From Clostridia bacterium (GTDB lineage Bacteria; Bacillota; Clostridia; Oscillospirales; Acutalibacteraceae): a stretch of DNA of 64,000 bases. The stretch spans positions 1,628 to 65,627 of the forward strand of contig JAFQWA010000029.1 in NCBI GenBank assembly GCA_017407705.1, given 5' to 3'. Position numbers and translations under genes: made by a program. Positions 1-9,257 of this stretch are shown piece by piece (positions within the stretch are counted from its first letter, which is position 1; each line of letters opens with the position of its first letter). The notes below the pieces were generated by a model. It was not told the DNA's origin and did not search any database. It was given only the letters and a program-made list of their open reading frames with translations.

Positions 1-315
1 TAAAAGGCTGACTATAAACACGCCCTGAAGCTGATATTTTGAAACAATACCGATAAGCACGGCGGTCATAGCGCCGGTGGGACCTGATATCTGATAACTT
101 GCGCCTGAAAATGCGCTGATGATAAATCCTGCGATAATAGCAGTGATAAGTCCTGCGGCGGCATCAGCGCCACTGCTGACACCAAAAGCAAGTGCCAAGG
201 GCAGTGCCACGGCGGCAACCGTAACACCGGACATTAAATCCTTGCTAAGTCGGTTTAAATTGTATCCTTTAAATTCCTGTTTTAATCTTGCTGCTAAAAT
301 TTTAATACGCCCCAT
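1..315 (-). CDS. SulP family inorganic anion (sulfate) permease, N-terminal fragment running off the window edge
   Basis: Not in the ORF track because there is no stop inside the window. Reverse-strand translation from ATG 315-313 reads MGRIKILAARLKQEFKGYNLNRLSKDLMSGVTVAAVALPLALAFGVSSGADAAAGLITAIIAGFIISAFSGASYQISGPTGAMTAV..., a typical SulP N-terminus. It replaces the + strand ORF 119..331. Confidence 0.8.
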   Translation of the reverse strand, partial: MGRIKILAARLKQEFKGYNLNRLSKDLMSGVTVAAVALPLALAFGVSSGADAAAGLITAIIAGFIISAFSGASYQISGPTGAMTAVLIGIVSKYQLQGVFIVSLL

Positions 316-330
316 TTTTACATTATTTTA

Positions 331-358
331 GGCTGACAAGACGGGTATCTTGTCAGCC
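331..358. other. GC-rich stem-loop (11-bp arms GGCTGACAAGA / TCTTGTCAGCC, 6-nt loop) between the HTH-ARH gene end and the SulP start
   Basis: Perfect inverted repeat read directly. No U-tract follows on either strand, so it is at best a non-canonical terminator or an RNA-stability element. Confidence 0.35.
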
Positions 359-432
359 TATGAGAGTATATCACATTATTCTACTTTTTTCTACCTTAAA
401 ACATTACAAAATAATGGCAGATTTATCCCCTG

Positions 433-2013
433 TTAGCGGTTAATATGCTCAATAGTTTTATTCACTGCCTCGTCAATATCTATTGTACCAACGCCAAATA
501 TAGAGGTTTCAAGCTTGTTGTTTATAGGCTGATACCAGCGTTTTTCAATGCCGTCAATGCCCTTCATCATACCTATAACCGAGCCAACGGTAGCGCCGTT
601 GCAGTCGGTATCAAAGCCGGTCTGCACCGCCATACAGATAGACTTGGAATAATCGCCTTTACCGTATAACAAAGCGGCACACACTATAACTGCGTTGGAA
701 ATGGTGTGGCACCAATCGTGAGATACGTGCTGATCATACTGCTTGTGGATATTCTCAAAGCATTTTTCCTGAGTGAGTCCCCCATCAAAATCTTTAATAA
801 GCTTTGTTATCTCACAGTAAAGTCGTGATGTTTTGGGAATCTGGGAAAGACCTGCCAAAATCACCTGCTTTACATCATCTAAAACCGCCGCTGCAGCAAT
901 CATAGCAGAGATAAACATCTCACCGTAAATACCGTTTTTAACGTGAGAAATAGATGCATCCTTAAACGCCATTTTAGCGGCAGTCTTTATATCACCCGGG
1001 TTGATATAGCCGTAATAATCGCCACGAATCTGTGCACCGATCCACTCACGGTAGGGGTTTTTGTACTCAGCAGAATCGGGTGGGCAGTAGCCGTTGACAA
1101 AGTTCATAAAAGCTACTCTTTCAGCGGTGCAATAAGCATCCTTAGGCTGTCTTTCCAGCCACAGGTTTGCCACGTCCTTAGCGGTAAAGTCACGTCCGTA
1201 TTTCTCTATAAGCACCTGAGCCATAACCACGTAGTTAGTATCGTCATCAACAGGGGCTGCAGTGATGGTATCCTCGTAGCATTTATCACGAAGCTGAAAT
1301 CTGTACTTTTTGTAAATATCCTCATTCAAATCAGCGTTTCTTATGTATCTGTGCATAGGATAGTTGCCGGTTTCCTTTAACAAGGGAATCAGCTCCTCAG
1401 TGTAAATACACTCAATGGGCTTACCCAATAAGCATCCACAAATTCTGCCAACCCAAGCACCCTTTATTTTGTTATACAAGACATCATCTGTGGGGACTTT
1501 GGTAAGGTCTGCATCAAAGTCGGTCAGCAGATTTTGAATTGAATCGTAATCAGAGGGCTCGTTGTACCGGTAGTCTGCTTTTGTCTTAGCATTACGGATA
1601 ATATTAAACAGCACGTCTGCCATCTGCTCTTTTTCTTTGGAAGGCTCTAAGGCGGATATGGAATCGAACAAGCCTTTTAAATTCTCCACGTCCTTACCTT
1701 CATCTATACACTGATCGTATTCAGTGGAGAGTGATGAAGAATAAAGCTCCCATTCCTTTGCAGATTTATATTGGGGAATAATTTCACGGTCCAAACGCTG
1801 TTCTTCAACGCTTCTGTTATCTTCATCGCAAAGCAAAAAGTCCAGTGATACTTTAAAATGACGTGCCATGGCAATCAGCTTTTCCACGTCGGGCACAGCG
1901 GCACCGCTTTCCCATTTTTGCACTGACTGACGTGATACGTTAAATATCTCCGCCATTTTTTCCTGAGACATTGAGAATTTCTTTCTGAGGCTGATAATAC
2001 GTTGACTTAACAT
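433..2013 (-). CDS. XRE-family HTH domain fused to an ADP-ribosylglycohydrolase (ARH/DraG family) domain
   Basis: The N-terminus MLSQRIISLRKKFSMSQEKMAEIFNVSRQSVQKWESG is a Cro/C1-type HTH. The C-terminal two thirds carry ARH hallmarks GAWVGRICGCLLGKPIE, DDDTNYV and GFDTDCNGATVGSVIGM. Start set at ATG 2013 (GGGAG 9 nt upstream); the track start 2022 abuts the RBS. Confidence 0.8.
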   Translation of the reverse strand: MLSQRIISLRKKFSMSQEKMAEIFNVSRQSVQKWESGAAVPDVEKLIAMARHFKVSLDFLLCDEDNRSVEEQRLDREIIPQYKSAKEWELYSSSLSTEYDQCIDEGKDVENLKGLFDSISALEPSKEKEQMADVLFNIIRNAKTKADYRYNEPSDYDSIQNLLTDFDADLTKVPTDDVLYNKIKGAWVGRICGCLLGKPIECIYTEELIPLLKETGNYPMHRYIRNADLNEDIYKKYRFQLRDKCYEDTITAAPVDDDTNYVVMAQVLIEKYGRDFTAKDVANLWLERQPKDAYCTAERVAFMNFVNGYCPPDSAEYKNPYREWIGAQIRGDYYGYINPGDIKTAAKMAFKDASISHVKNGIYGEMFISAMIAAAAVLDDVKQVILAGLSQIPKTSRLYCEITKLIKDFDGGLTQEKCFENIHKQYDQHVSHDWCHTISNAVIVCAALLYGKGDYSKSICMAVQTGFDTDCNGATVGSVIGMMKGIDGIEKRWYQPINNKLETSIFGVGTIDIDEAVNKTIEHINR

Positions 2014-2090
2014 AAAACACATCTCCCAAAAACAATTTTTTCTTTATTATATCCCCTTTTTCAGCGGCAATCAACCACCCAAAAGTAGCA

Positions 2091-3779
2091 TTATTGCAAC
2101 CAGCAGTTGTCAACGAGCTTTAAAGCATACTCTTCCGTTACGGGATCCTTTTTATCATAATCCACATAAACCGCACGGTCTTTGGAATAAAGTATTGCCA
2201 CCGAACGCTTGATCTCGCCCTGAGGGTATTGCTGGGTCAAATATGCCTTTACCTTTTTCAGCAGCTTATCCTCAACCTGCAACACCTTCGGCAATACACC
2301 CGACGAGTTGGTGCTGAGTCGGTCACACACCATTTCATCACGCAGCACTGACTTATCCACATAAGGCTCAGCTGCAAAGTGCTCATATACCTTTGTGACG
2401 TAATGGTCTAACGGAATGTTGTAATTTATCTGAGTTTTAGTGGCAAAGTCGTAAAACAGATCAAAGGGCAGTTTGCCTGATGCTTGAAGCAGATAGTTTA
2501 CCGTTCTTCTGAACCTGCCACTGTTATACAGCCGTTCTAAGGCATCCTCAAATTGATGCAAACCCTTTATTTCATCAGCGCTCAGCCACGGGGTGGATAT
2601 TACCTCATAGGGCGGTGCAGGGTTGTAAGTGCAGGGGTATTCCTCAGCCTTCTCACGCATATCTGCACCGTGTAAAAGCTTTAAAAATCCGAACTGCAGC
2701 ATATTTGGATTAAGCTTAAAGGCGATATTAAAGCTTTGCTTTAAGCTATCCATATCCTCAAAGGGCAGACCTGCAATAAGGTCAATGTGAATATGCATAT
2801 TGCCGTTTTCAATAAGCTTTTGGATATTGGATTTTAATTTTTCAACGTTAGTCTTGCGGTTTATGGCCTTGAGGGTTTTCTCATTAAAGCTTTGCAGACC
2901 TATCTCCAACTGAATAAGTCCTTTAGGGGCAGTGGAAAGCAGACTGATAGTTCCATCGTCCAAAATATCCCCTGCTATCTCAAAGTGAAAGCACACGCCT
3001 TTCGGGATGTTTTCGCCGTAATTATCTATTATAAACTTAAATATCCTATCCGCTCTGTTTTTGTTGGCGTTGAAGGTGCGGTCCACGAATTTAACGGTTT
3101 TAGCACCGCTGTTTGCCAACTTTATTATCTCACCTTCCGCTCTGTCTATATCAAAAAAACGTGCATTACCGCAACGGCCCGACAAACAGAAAGCACAGGA
3201 ATACGGGCATCCCCTACTGCTTTCCAAATAAGCTATTCTGCCGTTTAATGCGGCAAAATACTCCTCTGTGTAGGGTGATGGCGGCTGCTTAACATGGATA
3301 TAGGGCTTACTTATTAGCGCTTTACCCTCGTTTAAATAGCAAAGTCCCGGCACTTTTGATACATCATCCCCCTTGCAAAGACAATTCATAAGCAGTGCAA
3401 AGGGCAACTCACCCTCACCTGATATGATGTAATCCACTTCACTGTTGCTTTTCAGCACATTTTCAGCATTATAGCTGACTTCGGGTCCGCCCAGTACGAT
3501 TATGCAATCAGGCAGACTTGACTTTATCAGCTTTACCAACTGTTTTATCTTTTCGATATTCCATATATAACAGCCAAGTCCCACCACGTTGGGTGATTGC
3601 TTAACTATCCTCTCTGCCACACCGCCAATATCCTCATTAACGGTGCCCTCCACCACCTTAGCACAAATTTCATCAATGCCAAACACCCCGATGCCTGCAA
3701 ACAGACACCAGGGTGCAAGAGATGAATGTATGTATTTTGAATTGAGTGTGGATATTACAACGTTAAATTTTTCTCTCAT
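2091..3779 (-). CDS. B12-binding domain radical SAM protein (DUF4080-type C-terminal extension)
   Basis: CX3CX2C cluster motif SRGCPYSCAFCLSG. N-terminal cobalamin-binding-like region (VVGLGCYIWN ... VLGGPE). Long C-terminal extension. The upstream gene stop is only 2 nt away. Confidence 0.85.
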   Translation of the reverse strand: MREKFNVVISTLNSKYIHSSLAPWCLFAGIGVFGIDEICAKVVEGTVNEDIGGVAERIVKQSPNVVGLGCYIWNIEKIKQLVKLIKSSLPDCIIVLGGPEVSYNAENVLKSNSEVDYIISGEGELPFALLMNCLCKGDDVSKVPGLCYLNEGKALISKPYIHVKQPPSPYTEEYFAALNGRIAYLESSRGCPYSCAFCLSGRCGNARFFDIDRAEGEIIKLANSGAKTVKFVDRTFNANKNRADRIFKFIIDNYGENIPKGVCFHFEIAGDILDDGTISLLSTAPKGLIQLEIGLQSFNEKTLKAINRKTNVEKLKSNIQKLIENGNMHIHIDLIAGLPFEDMDSLKQSFNIAFKLNPNMLQFGFLKLLHGADMREKAEEYPCTYNPAPPYEVISTPWLSADEIKGLHQFEDALERLYNSGRFRRTVNYLLQASGKLPFDLFYDFATKTQINYNIPLDHYVTKVYEHFAAEPYVDKSVLRDEMVCDRLSTNSSGVLPKVLQVEDKLLKKVKAYLTQQYPQGEIKRSVAILYSKDRAVYVDYDKKDPVTEEYALKLVDNCWLQ

Positions 3780-3781
3780 AT

Positions 3782-5095
3782 TTAGTCCATATCAATAATT
3801 AAAACGCAGTCTTCGTTTCTGCCCTGAACTAACGGTTTAAACTCCATAACCTTACCGCCGTCGAAGTGGCCGATAGCGGTGGTTTCACCGTTTTTAACGT
3901 TATACCAAGATGCAGTGAAGCTGTTAACCTCAGTTAAATCCAGCTTACAGGGTAAACCGAAGGTGCAGTAAACCAGAATATACTTCTCACCTTTAGTGGC
4001 ACACTGACGCATCGATCCCTCTAAGGGCTGTGCGATCACCTGATTGTAGGGCACTCGATCAAAAAACGATCTTGACAGCATCAGATTTTTAAGGTGCTTT
4101 ATCTGGTTTGCACCGGGACGGTCCAGTGCATCAAAGGTGTTGTTTAAATGATAATAGGGTTTGCCGAGAGTAGAAAAGTCCATAGGATTCGACTTGCTAC
4201 GCATAGGCCAAACGGAATGATGACCGTAGGTTATACCCAATGAACCCGAGAACACTGCATAATAAGACGCTCTGCGAACGTCAGTATCATCGAAAAAGCC
4301 GTTTTCAATATGGCTAAACGCCACGGGATGATCCTCATAATTAGGCTCACCGTCTAAGGCAGGTCGAATAGGTAGGGTATTGTAATCGTGGGTTATCATT
4401 ATATCACTTTTGGTAATACGCTCACCGTGGCCTGACTGGATCATATTGAAATCCAACCAATCCTCGTCGTTAACAAATTCTGTGGAAGAATGGCCCCCCA
4501 TAGGATGAAGAGTCATAATTTGGGTGGCACCGCCGTCTTTTATACCCTTTGCCATATTGCGAAGAATAAGGCTGTGCTCCTCAGTTTTTACAGCACGGTC
4601 ACCGCCCATAATCCATACGATATTGTCGTAATCCTTATACCTCTCACCTACAAACTTACCGTAGGTATAGGCATTATCGGGGTTGAATATCTCGGGTCCG
4701 ATGCCCCACTCTAAATTCCATTTATCTCCCCAAGTGGGCAGTAATGCGATATATATTCCGTACTCTTTAGCCATTTTAATAAGGGCGTCCACATGGTCAA
4801 AATAGCTGTACTCACCATCTAAATCGGGCATTGTGGGGTCATACTGACCTTCGCTGTTTTTAAGCAGCGGACGTCTGCCGTAAAAATTGGGTTTGTCAAG
4901 ACCGTCGAACTCGGCTAAAATCACCGCCTGAACCACGTTAAACTCTTGCTTTTTGCGGATTTCAAAGTATTCTCTTGCATCCTCGAGGCTGAAATTATGA
5001 AACATCTCCCAGCCTGTGTCTGCCTGCCAGAAAAACGGACTGCCGTCCTTAAGGCACAAAAATCTCTTGTTTTTGCTAACTTTTAATCTCTGCAT
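3782..5095 (-). CDS. DUF4038 / glycoside hydrolase family 140-like protein (cytoplasmic, no signal peptide)
   Basis: The N-terminus LKDGSPFFWQADTGWEMFHNFSLEDAREYFEIRKKQEFNVVQAVILAEFDGL matches the conserved opening of DUF4038/GH140 TIM-barrel proteins. RBS AAGGGG lies 8 nt upstream of the ATG. Confidence 0.7.
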   Translation of the reverse strand: MQRLKVSKNKRFLCLKDGSPFFWQADTGWEMFHNFSLEDAREYFEIRKKQEFNVVQAVILAEFDGLDKPNFYGRRPLLKNSEGQYDPTMPDLDGEYSYFDHVDALIKMAKEYGIYIALLPTWGDKWNLEWGIGPEIFNPDNAYTYGKFVGERYKDYDNIVWIMGGDRAVKTEEHSLILRNMAKGIKDGGATQIMTLHPMGGHSSTEFVNDEDWLDFNMIQSGHGERITKSDIMITHDYNTLPIRPALDGEPNYEDHPVAFSHIENGFFDDTDVRRASYYAVFSGSLGITYGHHSVWPMRSKSNPMDFSTLGKPYYHLNNTFDALDRPGANQIKHLKNLMLSRSFFDRVPYNQVIAQPLEGSMRQCATKGEKYILVYCTFGLPCKLDLTEVNSFTASWYNVKNGETTAIGHFDGGKVMEFKPLVQGRNEDCVLIIDMD

Positions 5096-5114
5096 AACAA
5101 TTACCCCTTTAATT

Positions 5115-5148
5115 TCAAAAAAGTCGGTATAAAGCTATACCGACTTTT
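5115..5148 (-). terminator. Rho-independent terminator of the ior/paaK/ACT operon
   Basis: Stem GTCGGTATA / TATACCGAC with a 4-nt loop, followed on the minus strand by TTTTTT. It lies 6 nt downstream of the ACT gene stop. Confidence 0.8.
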
Positions 5149-5153
5149 CTAAT

Positions 5154-5585
5154 TTAGATAGTATAAATGTCCTCTTCCTTCATAAGGCGGATTCCACCCT
5201 TTGTAAGCGCATCAATAGCGTTATCCTCGTTTTCCACACGCATAATAACAAAAGCAGTATCATCGGTGGGATTTAAAAACGCATACATATACTCGATCTG
5301 AATATCCTTTTCAGACAACACTTTAACAGCACTGCTGAGTCCGCCGGGCTTATCGGGGATAGCAATAGCAATAACGCCTGTTAAAGTCACTGTCATACCT
5401 GCTGACTTAAGGGTTTCCTGGGCCTTTTGGGGGTTATCAACGATAAGACGCAAAATGCCGTAGTCTGTTGTATCTGCGATGGAAAGGGCACGGATATCAA
5501 TGTCGTTCTTAGCAAGAATATCTGTGATTTCCGCCATTCTTCCCTTTTTGTTTTCCACAAAAACCGAAAGCTGTTTAATGATCAT
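5154..5585 (-). CDS. ACT domain-containing protein (amino-acid-binding regulatory domain pair)
   Basis: MIIKQLSVFVENKKGRMAEITDILAKNDIDIRALSIADTTDYGILRLIV is an ACT fold signature. Last gene of the ior operon. Start placed at ATG 5585 (GAAGGG 9 nt upstream); the track start is 5594. Confidence 0.8.
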   Translation of the reverse strand: MIIKQLSVFVENKKGRMAEITDILAKNDIDIRALSIADTTDYGILRLIVDNPQKAQETLKSAGMTVTLTGVIAIAIPDKPGGLSSAVKVLSEKDIQIEYMYAFLNPTDDTAFVIMRVENEDNAIDALTKGGIRLMKEEDIYTI

Positions 5586-5603
5586 AATGCTCATCCCTTC
5601 AAT

Positions 5604-6902
5604 TTATATTTTTCTGTTATCAATAACTCTAACTGCCTTACCCTCGGATCTGGGCAGAGATTTAGGCTCTACCAAGGTTACCTTAGCGGCAATATTAAGA
5701 GTTTGCTGTAATGCTGCGGAGATCTTTCTCTCATATCCTGCAATAGCCTTAACCTGATCTGAGAACATATCCTGACTCATCTCTATCTTTACTTCCATTG
5801 TATCAAGATTTCCGATTCTGTCAACAACAATCTGATAGTTAGGCTCCATATTAAGAGAAAGCAATACGTGCTCAACCTGTGAGGGGAACACGTTAACGCC
5901 TCTGATAATCAGCATATCATCGGTTCTGCCCTTGGGTTTTGCCATTTTAACCAGTGTACGTCCGCAGGCACAGGTGCCACGAGTTAAAGCGCAGATATCA
6001 CGGGTGCGATAACGGATAAGGGGCAGTGCCTCTTTACCGATGCAGGTAAATACCAGCTCACCGTACTCACCGTCGGGCAAGTTTTCGCCGGTTTCGGGGT
6101 CGATGATTTCGGGATAGAAATAGTCCTCGTTAACGTGCATACCGCTCTGGTCGGTACATTCAAAAGCAACGCCGGGACCTGCAATCTCTGAAAGACCGTA
6201 GATATCGTAAGCTTTAATGTTAAGAGATTTTTCTATCTCACGGCGCATATTCTCACTCCAAGCCTCTGCACCGAAAATACCTATTTTAAGGGGCAGCTCT
6301 TTAGTATCAATGCCCATTTCCTTGCAGGTCTCACCGATAAACATAGCATAAGATGGTGTGCAACAAAGAATATCTGACTTGAAATCCTGCATTATCTGAA
6401 TCTGGCGTTTAGTGTTACCTGATGAAACGGGAATAACAGATGCACCGAGCCTTGTTGCGCCGTCGTGCAGACCAAGTCCGCCGGTAAACAAGCCGTAGCC
6501 GTAGGATACGTGAACGTAATCCGACTTTGAGCCGCCCATAGCAACGATAGCACGGGCAACACTTTCAGCCCAGATGTCAAGGTCGTGCTGAGTGTAACCA
6601 ACAACAGTCTGCTTACCTGTGGTACCGCTGGATGCGTGAATTCGTACAACTTCCTCCTTAGGCACAGCAAACAGGTTATAAGGATAGTTGTCTCTAAGAT
6701 CATCCTTATATGTAAAAGGAAGCTTATGTAAATCGTCAATAGATTTGATATCCTCGGGTTTTAAGCCCATTTCATCAAACTTACGTCTGTAATGAGGTAC
6801 GTTCTCATAGCACCTTTTTACCATCTGGCAAAGACGCTCCGATTGTATTTCACGGAGCTGTTCTCTGGATGCGGTCTCGATTTCCTGTGTGTAGAATTTC
6901 AT
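5604..6902 (-). CDS. paaK: Phenylacetate--CoA ligase family protein
   Basis: Adenylate-forming motif HASSGTTGK, the N-terminus ...EIETASREQLREIQSERL and FTYKDDLRDNYPY are typical of the PaaK family. RBS AAGGAG. Confidence 0.9.
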   Translation of the reverse strand: MKFYTQEIETASREQLREIQSERLCQMVKRCYENVPHYRRKFDEMGLKPEDIKSIDDLHKLPFTYKDDLRDNYPYNLFAVPKEEVVRIHASSGTTGKQTVVGYTQHDLDIWAESVARAIVAMGGSKSDYVHVSYGYGLFTGGLGLHDGATRLGASVIPVSSGNTKRQIQIMQDFKSDILCCTPSYAMFIGETCKEMGIDTKELPLKIGIFGAEAWSENMRREIEKSLNIKAYDIYGLSEIAGPGVAFECTDQSGMHVNEDYFYPEIIDPETGENLPDGEYGELVFTCIGKEALPLIRYRTRDICALTRGTCACGRTLVKMAKPKGRTDDMLIIRGVNVFPSQVEHVLLSLNMEPNYQIVVDRIGNLDTMEVKIEMSQDMFSDQVKAIAGYERKISAALQQTLNIAAKVTLVEPKSLPRSEGKAVRVIDNRKI

Positions 6903-6922
6903 ACTCTTTCGCTCCTTATTTC

Positions 6923-7498
6923 TTAAGCCTCATAACCCAATTTAAGAGCCTGCAGGTTCATATCCAAAAACTTAGCCGGCACAGTTTCCTTAACGGCATT
7001 TTCAAATATTTCATAATCAATTCCTGTGTATTTTGCCATAGCGCCCAGCAAAACCACGTTGGTAGCCTTAGCAGAACCGGCTTCCAGCGCCAATTTCAAG
7101 GCATCCATAGAAATTATCTCAACGCCGGTATTGCCGATAGCACAAAGAACATCCTCGGGATATTTGGCGGCGCCGATAACAACGGGCATAGGATCAATAG
7201 ACTGAGTATTAACAATGATCTTGCCGCCTTTTTTAAGATACGGCAACCATCTTGCAGCCTCTAACTGCTCAAAGCTTAAGATAATGTCTGCCTCACCCTT
7301 TTCAATAGTAGGTGAGCAAACGTTCTCCCCTGCTTTAACGTAGGTTACAACTGAGCCGCCACGCTGGGACATACCGTGTACCTCACTGACCTTAACGTCA
7401 TAGCCGCTCTGTATCATAGCACTACCTAAAAGTCTGCTGGCAAGCAGTGTACCCTGTCCGCCTACGCCGACGATCATAACATTTAAACTGTTAGCCAT
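6923..7498 (-). CDS. iorB: Indolepyruvate:ferredoxin oxidoreductase subunit beta
   Basis: MIVGVGGQGTLLASRLLG opens a pyruvate/ketoisovalerate oxidoreductase gamma-type domain. The start abuts the iorA stop (7499). Confidence 0.9.
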   Translation of the reverse strand: MANSLNVMIVGVGGQGTLLASRLLGSAMIQSGYDVKVSEVHGMSQRGGSVVTYVKAGENVCSPTIEKGEADIILSFEQLEAARWLPYLKKGGKIIVNTQSIDPMPVVIGAAKYPEDVLCAIGNTGVEIISMDALKLALEAGSAKATNVVLLGAMAKYTGIDYEIFENAVKETVPAKFLDMNLQALKLGYEA

Positions 7499-9244
7499 TT
7501 AGTTTGCCTCCTTGCCGCATATAGCATCGAATTTACACATCTGCTTGCACACATCACAGCCCACGCACTGGGTGAAGTCGATAACTGCCTTGCCGTCACG
7601 CATGGATATAGCAGGACAGCCGATCTTCATACAAGCCTTGCAGCCCTTACATTTGTCTGCATCCACCTTCAAAGGCGGATTGTGTTTTACTGTTTTAAGC
7701 AGCGCACAAGGTCTGCGTGAAATTATCATAGAAGGCTCTTTTTGAGCAATTTCTTCTTTAATTGCCTGTTCGGTCTGGGCTAAGTTGTAAGGATCAACCA
7801 CTCTTACTCGCTTAAAGCCAACAGCCTTTGCCAATGCTTCAAGATCCACTGCAACGGTGGGATCGTTTTTGATAGTGTAGCCGGTGGTGGGGTTCTGCTG
7901 ATGACCTGTCATACCGGTAATGGAGTTATCCAGAACAATAACGGTGGATATACCCTTATTATAGGCAATGTCAATAATACCTGTAATACCTGAGTGGATA
8001 AAGGTGGAGTCACCGATAACCGCTACGGAATTTGCGGCAAACTCGTCGCCTCTTGCTTTGTTCATACCGTGTAATGCAGAAACAGATGCACCCATACAAA
8101 TACAGCTGTCGATAGCACCTAAGGGCTGCAAAGCACCTAAAGTGTAGCAACCGATGTCGCCGCTTACGTTAAGCTTTAACTTTTTCAAATTGTAGAACAC
8201 GCCTCTGTGAGGACAACCTGCACACAAAACGGGAGGACGGGGCGGAATCTCAAGGTCAGTTGCAACGGAGGGCTTGGTTTCACCCAAAATCTTCTCTGCA
8301 ACAATTCTCTGACTAAACTCGCCCAAATATCCAAACAGCTCTTTACCGATAACATCAATACCGTTTACCTTGCAGTGGGTCTCGATAATACCGTCAAGCT
8401 CTTCAATAACGTAAACCTTATCAAACTTCTCTGCAAAATCACGGATAAGCTTTACGGGCATAGGATTAACGATACCAAGCTTTAAGTAAGATGCCTTATC
8501 GCCTAATGCCTCTTTAGCATACTGATAGCAAATACCTGCGGCAATAACGCCGATTTTAGCGCCGTCGTTAATTTCAACACGGTTAATATCAGCAGTTTCA
8601 GCCCAATCGGCAATATCCAGCATACGCTGTTCGATAATAGCGTGGCGTTTTATAGCCATAGCAGGCATCATAACGTATTTCTGGGGATTTTTCTCAAACT
8701 CCTTCAAAGCGGGTTCTACTCTGTCTTCCACTGTTACCAGTGAGCGTGAATGAGAAATTCTGGTGGTAAGACGAAGTAAAACGGGTGTATCGAATTTTTC
8801 AGAAAGCTCGAAGCCTATCTTTGCAAAATCCTTGCACTCCTGAGAGTCAGCCGGCTCCAGCATCATCAGCTTTGATGCAATAGCGTGATGACGGCTATCC
8901 TGCTCGTTCTGAGATGAGTGCATACCGGGATCGTCAGCCACAGCAACGATCAAGCCGCCGTTTACACCTGTGTAGGATGCAGTGTAAAGAGGGTCAGCCG
9001 CCACGTTAAGACCAACGTGCTTCATAGCAGCGAAGGAACGTGCACCGCCGATAGATGCACCGATAGCCACCTCAACCGCAACCTTCTCGTTAGGTGCCCA
9101 CTCGGAATATATATCATCATAGGTTGAAATAAACTCGGTTATTTCAGTACTGGGTGTTCCCGGATAGCTGGATACTACCGTAACACCTGCTTCATAAAGT
9201 CCTCTGGCAACCGCCTGGTTACCAAGCATAAGTTCTTTTTTCAT
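7499..9244 (-). CDS. iorA: Indolepyruvate:ferredoxin oxidoreductase subunit alpha
   Basis: TPP-binding region GDSTFIHSG and two ferredoxin-type cluster motifs, CKGCKACMKIGCP and CVGCDVCKQMC. Start set at ATG 9244 (GGAGG 5 nt upstream); the track start 9256 is a TTG. Confidence 0.9.
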   Translation of the reverse strand: MKKELMLGNQAVARGLYEAGVTVVSSYPGTPSTEITEFISTYDDIYSEWAPNEKVAVEVAIGASIGGARSFAAMKHVGLNVAADPLYTASYTGVNGGLIVAVADDPGMHSSQNEQDSRHHAIASKLMMLEPADSQECKDFAKIGFELSEKFDTPVLLRLTTRISHSRSLVTVEDRVEPALKEFEKNPQKYVMMPAMAIKRHAIIEQRMLDIADWAETADINRVEINDGAKIGVIAAGICYQYAKEALGDKASYLKLGIVNPMPVKLIRDFAEKFDKVYVIEELDGIIETHCKVNGIDVIGKELFGYLGEFSQRIVAEKILGETKPSVATDLEIPPRPPVLCAGCPHRGVFYNLKKLKLNVSGDIGCYTLGALQPLGAIDSCICMGASVSALHGMNKARGDEFAANSVAVIGDSTFIHSGITGIIDIAYNKGISTVIVLDNSITGMTGHQQNPTTGYTIKNDPTVAVDLEALAKAVGFKRVRVVDPYNLAQTEQAIKEEIAQKEPSMIISRRPCALLKTVKHNPPLKVDADKCKGCKACMKIGCPAISMRDGKAVIDFTQCVGCDVCKQMCKFDAICGKEAN

Positions 9245-9257
9245 TGTATCCTCCAAT

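Noticed and set aside
119-331. + strand ORF of 70 aa at the left edge
   Set aside because: The opposite strand reads as a convincing SulP permease N-terminus starting at 315. The + ORF is an Ala/Pro-rich antisense artefact with no RBS.
943-1380. + strand ORFs (445..669 and 943..1380) inside the HTH-ARH gene
   Set aside because: They are antisense to a gene with clear domain motifs. There is no RBS and the composition is low-complexity.
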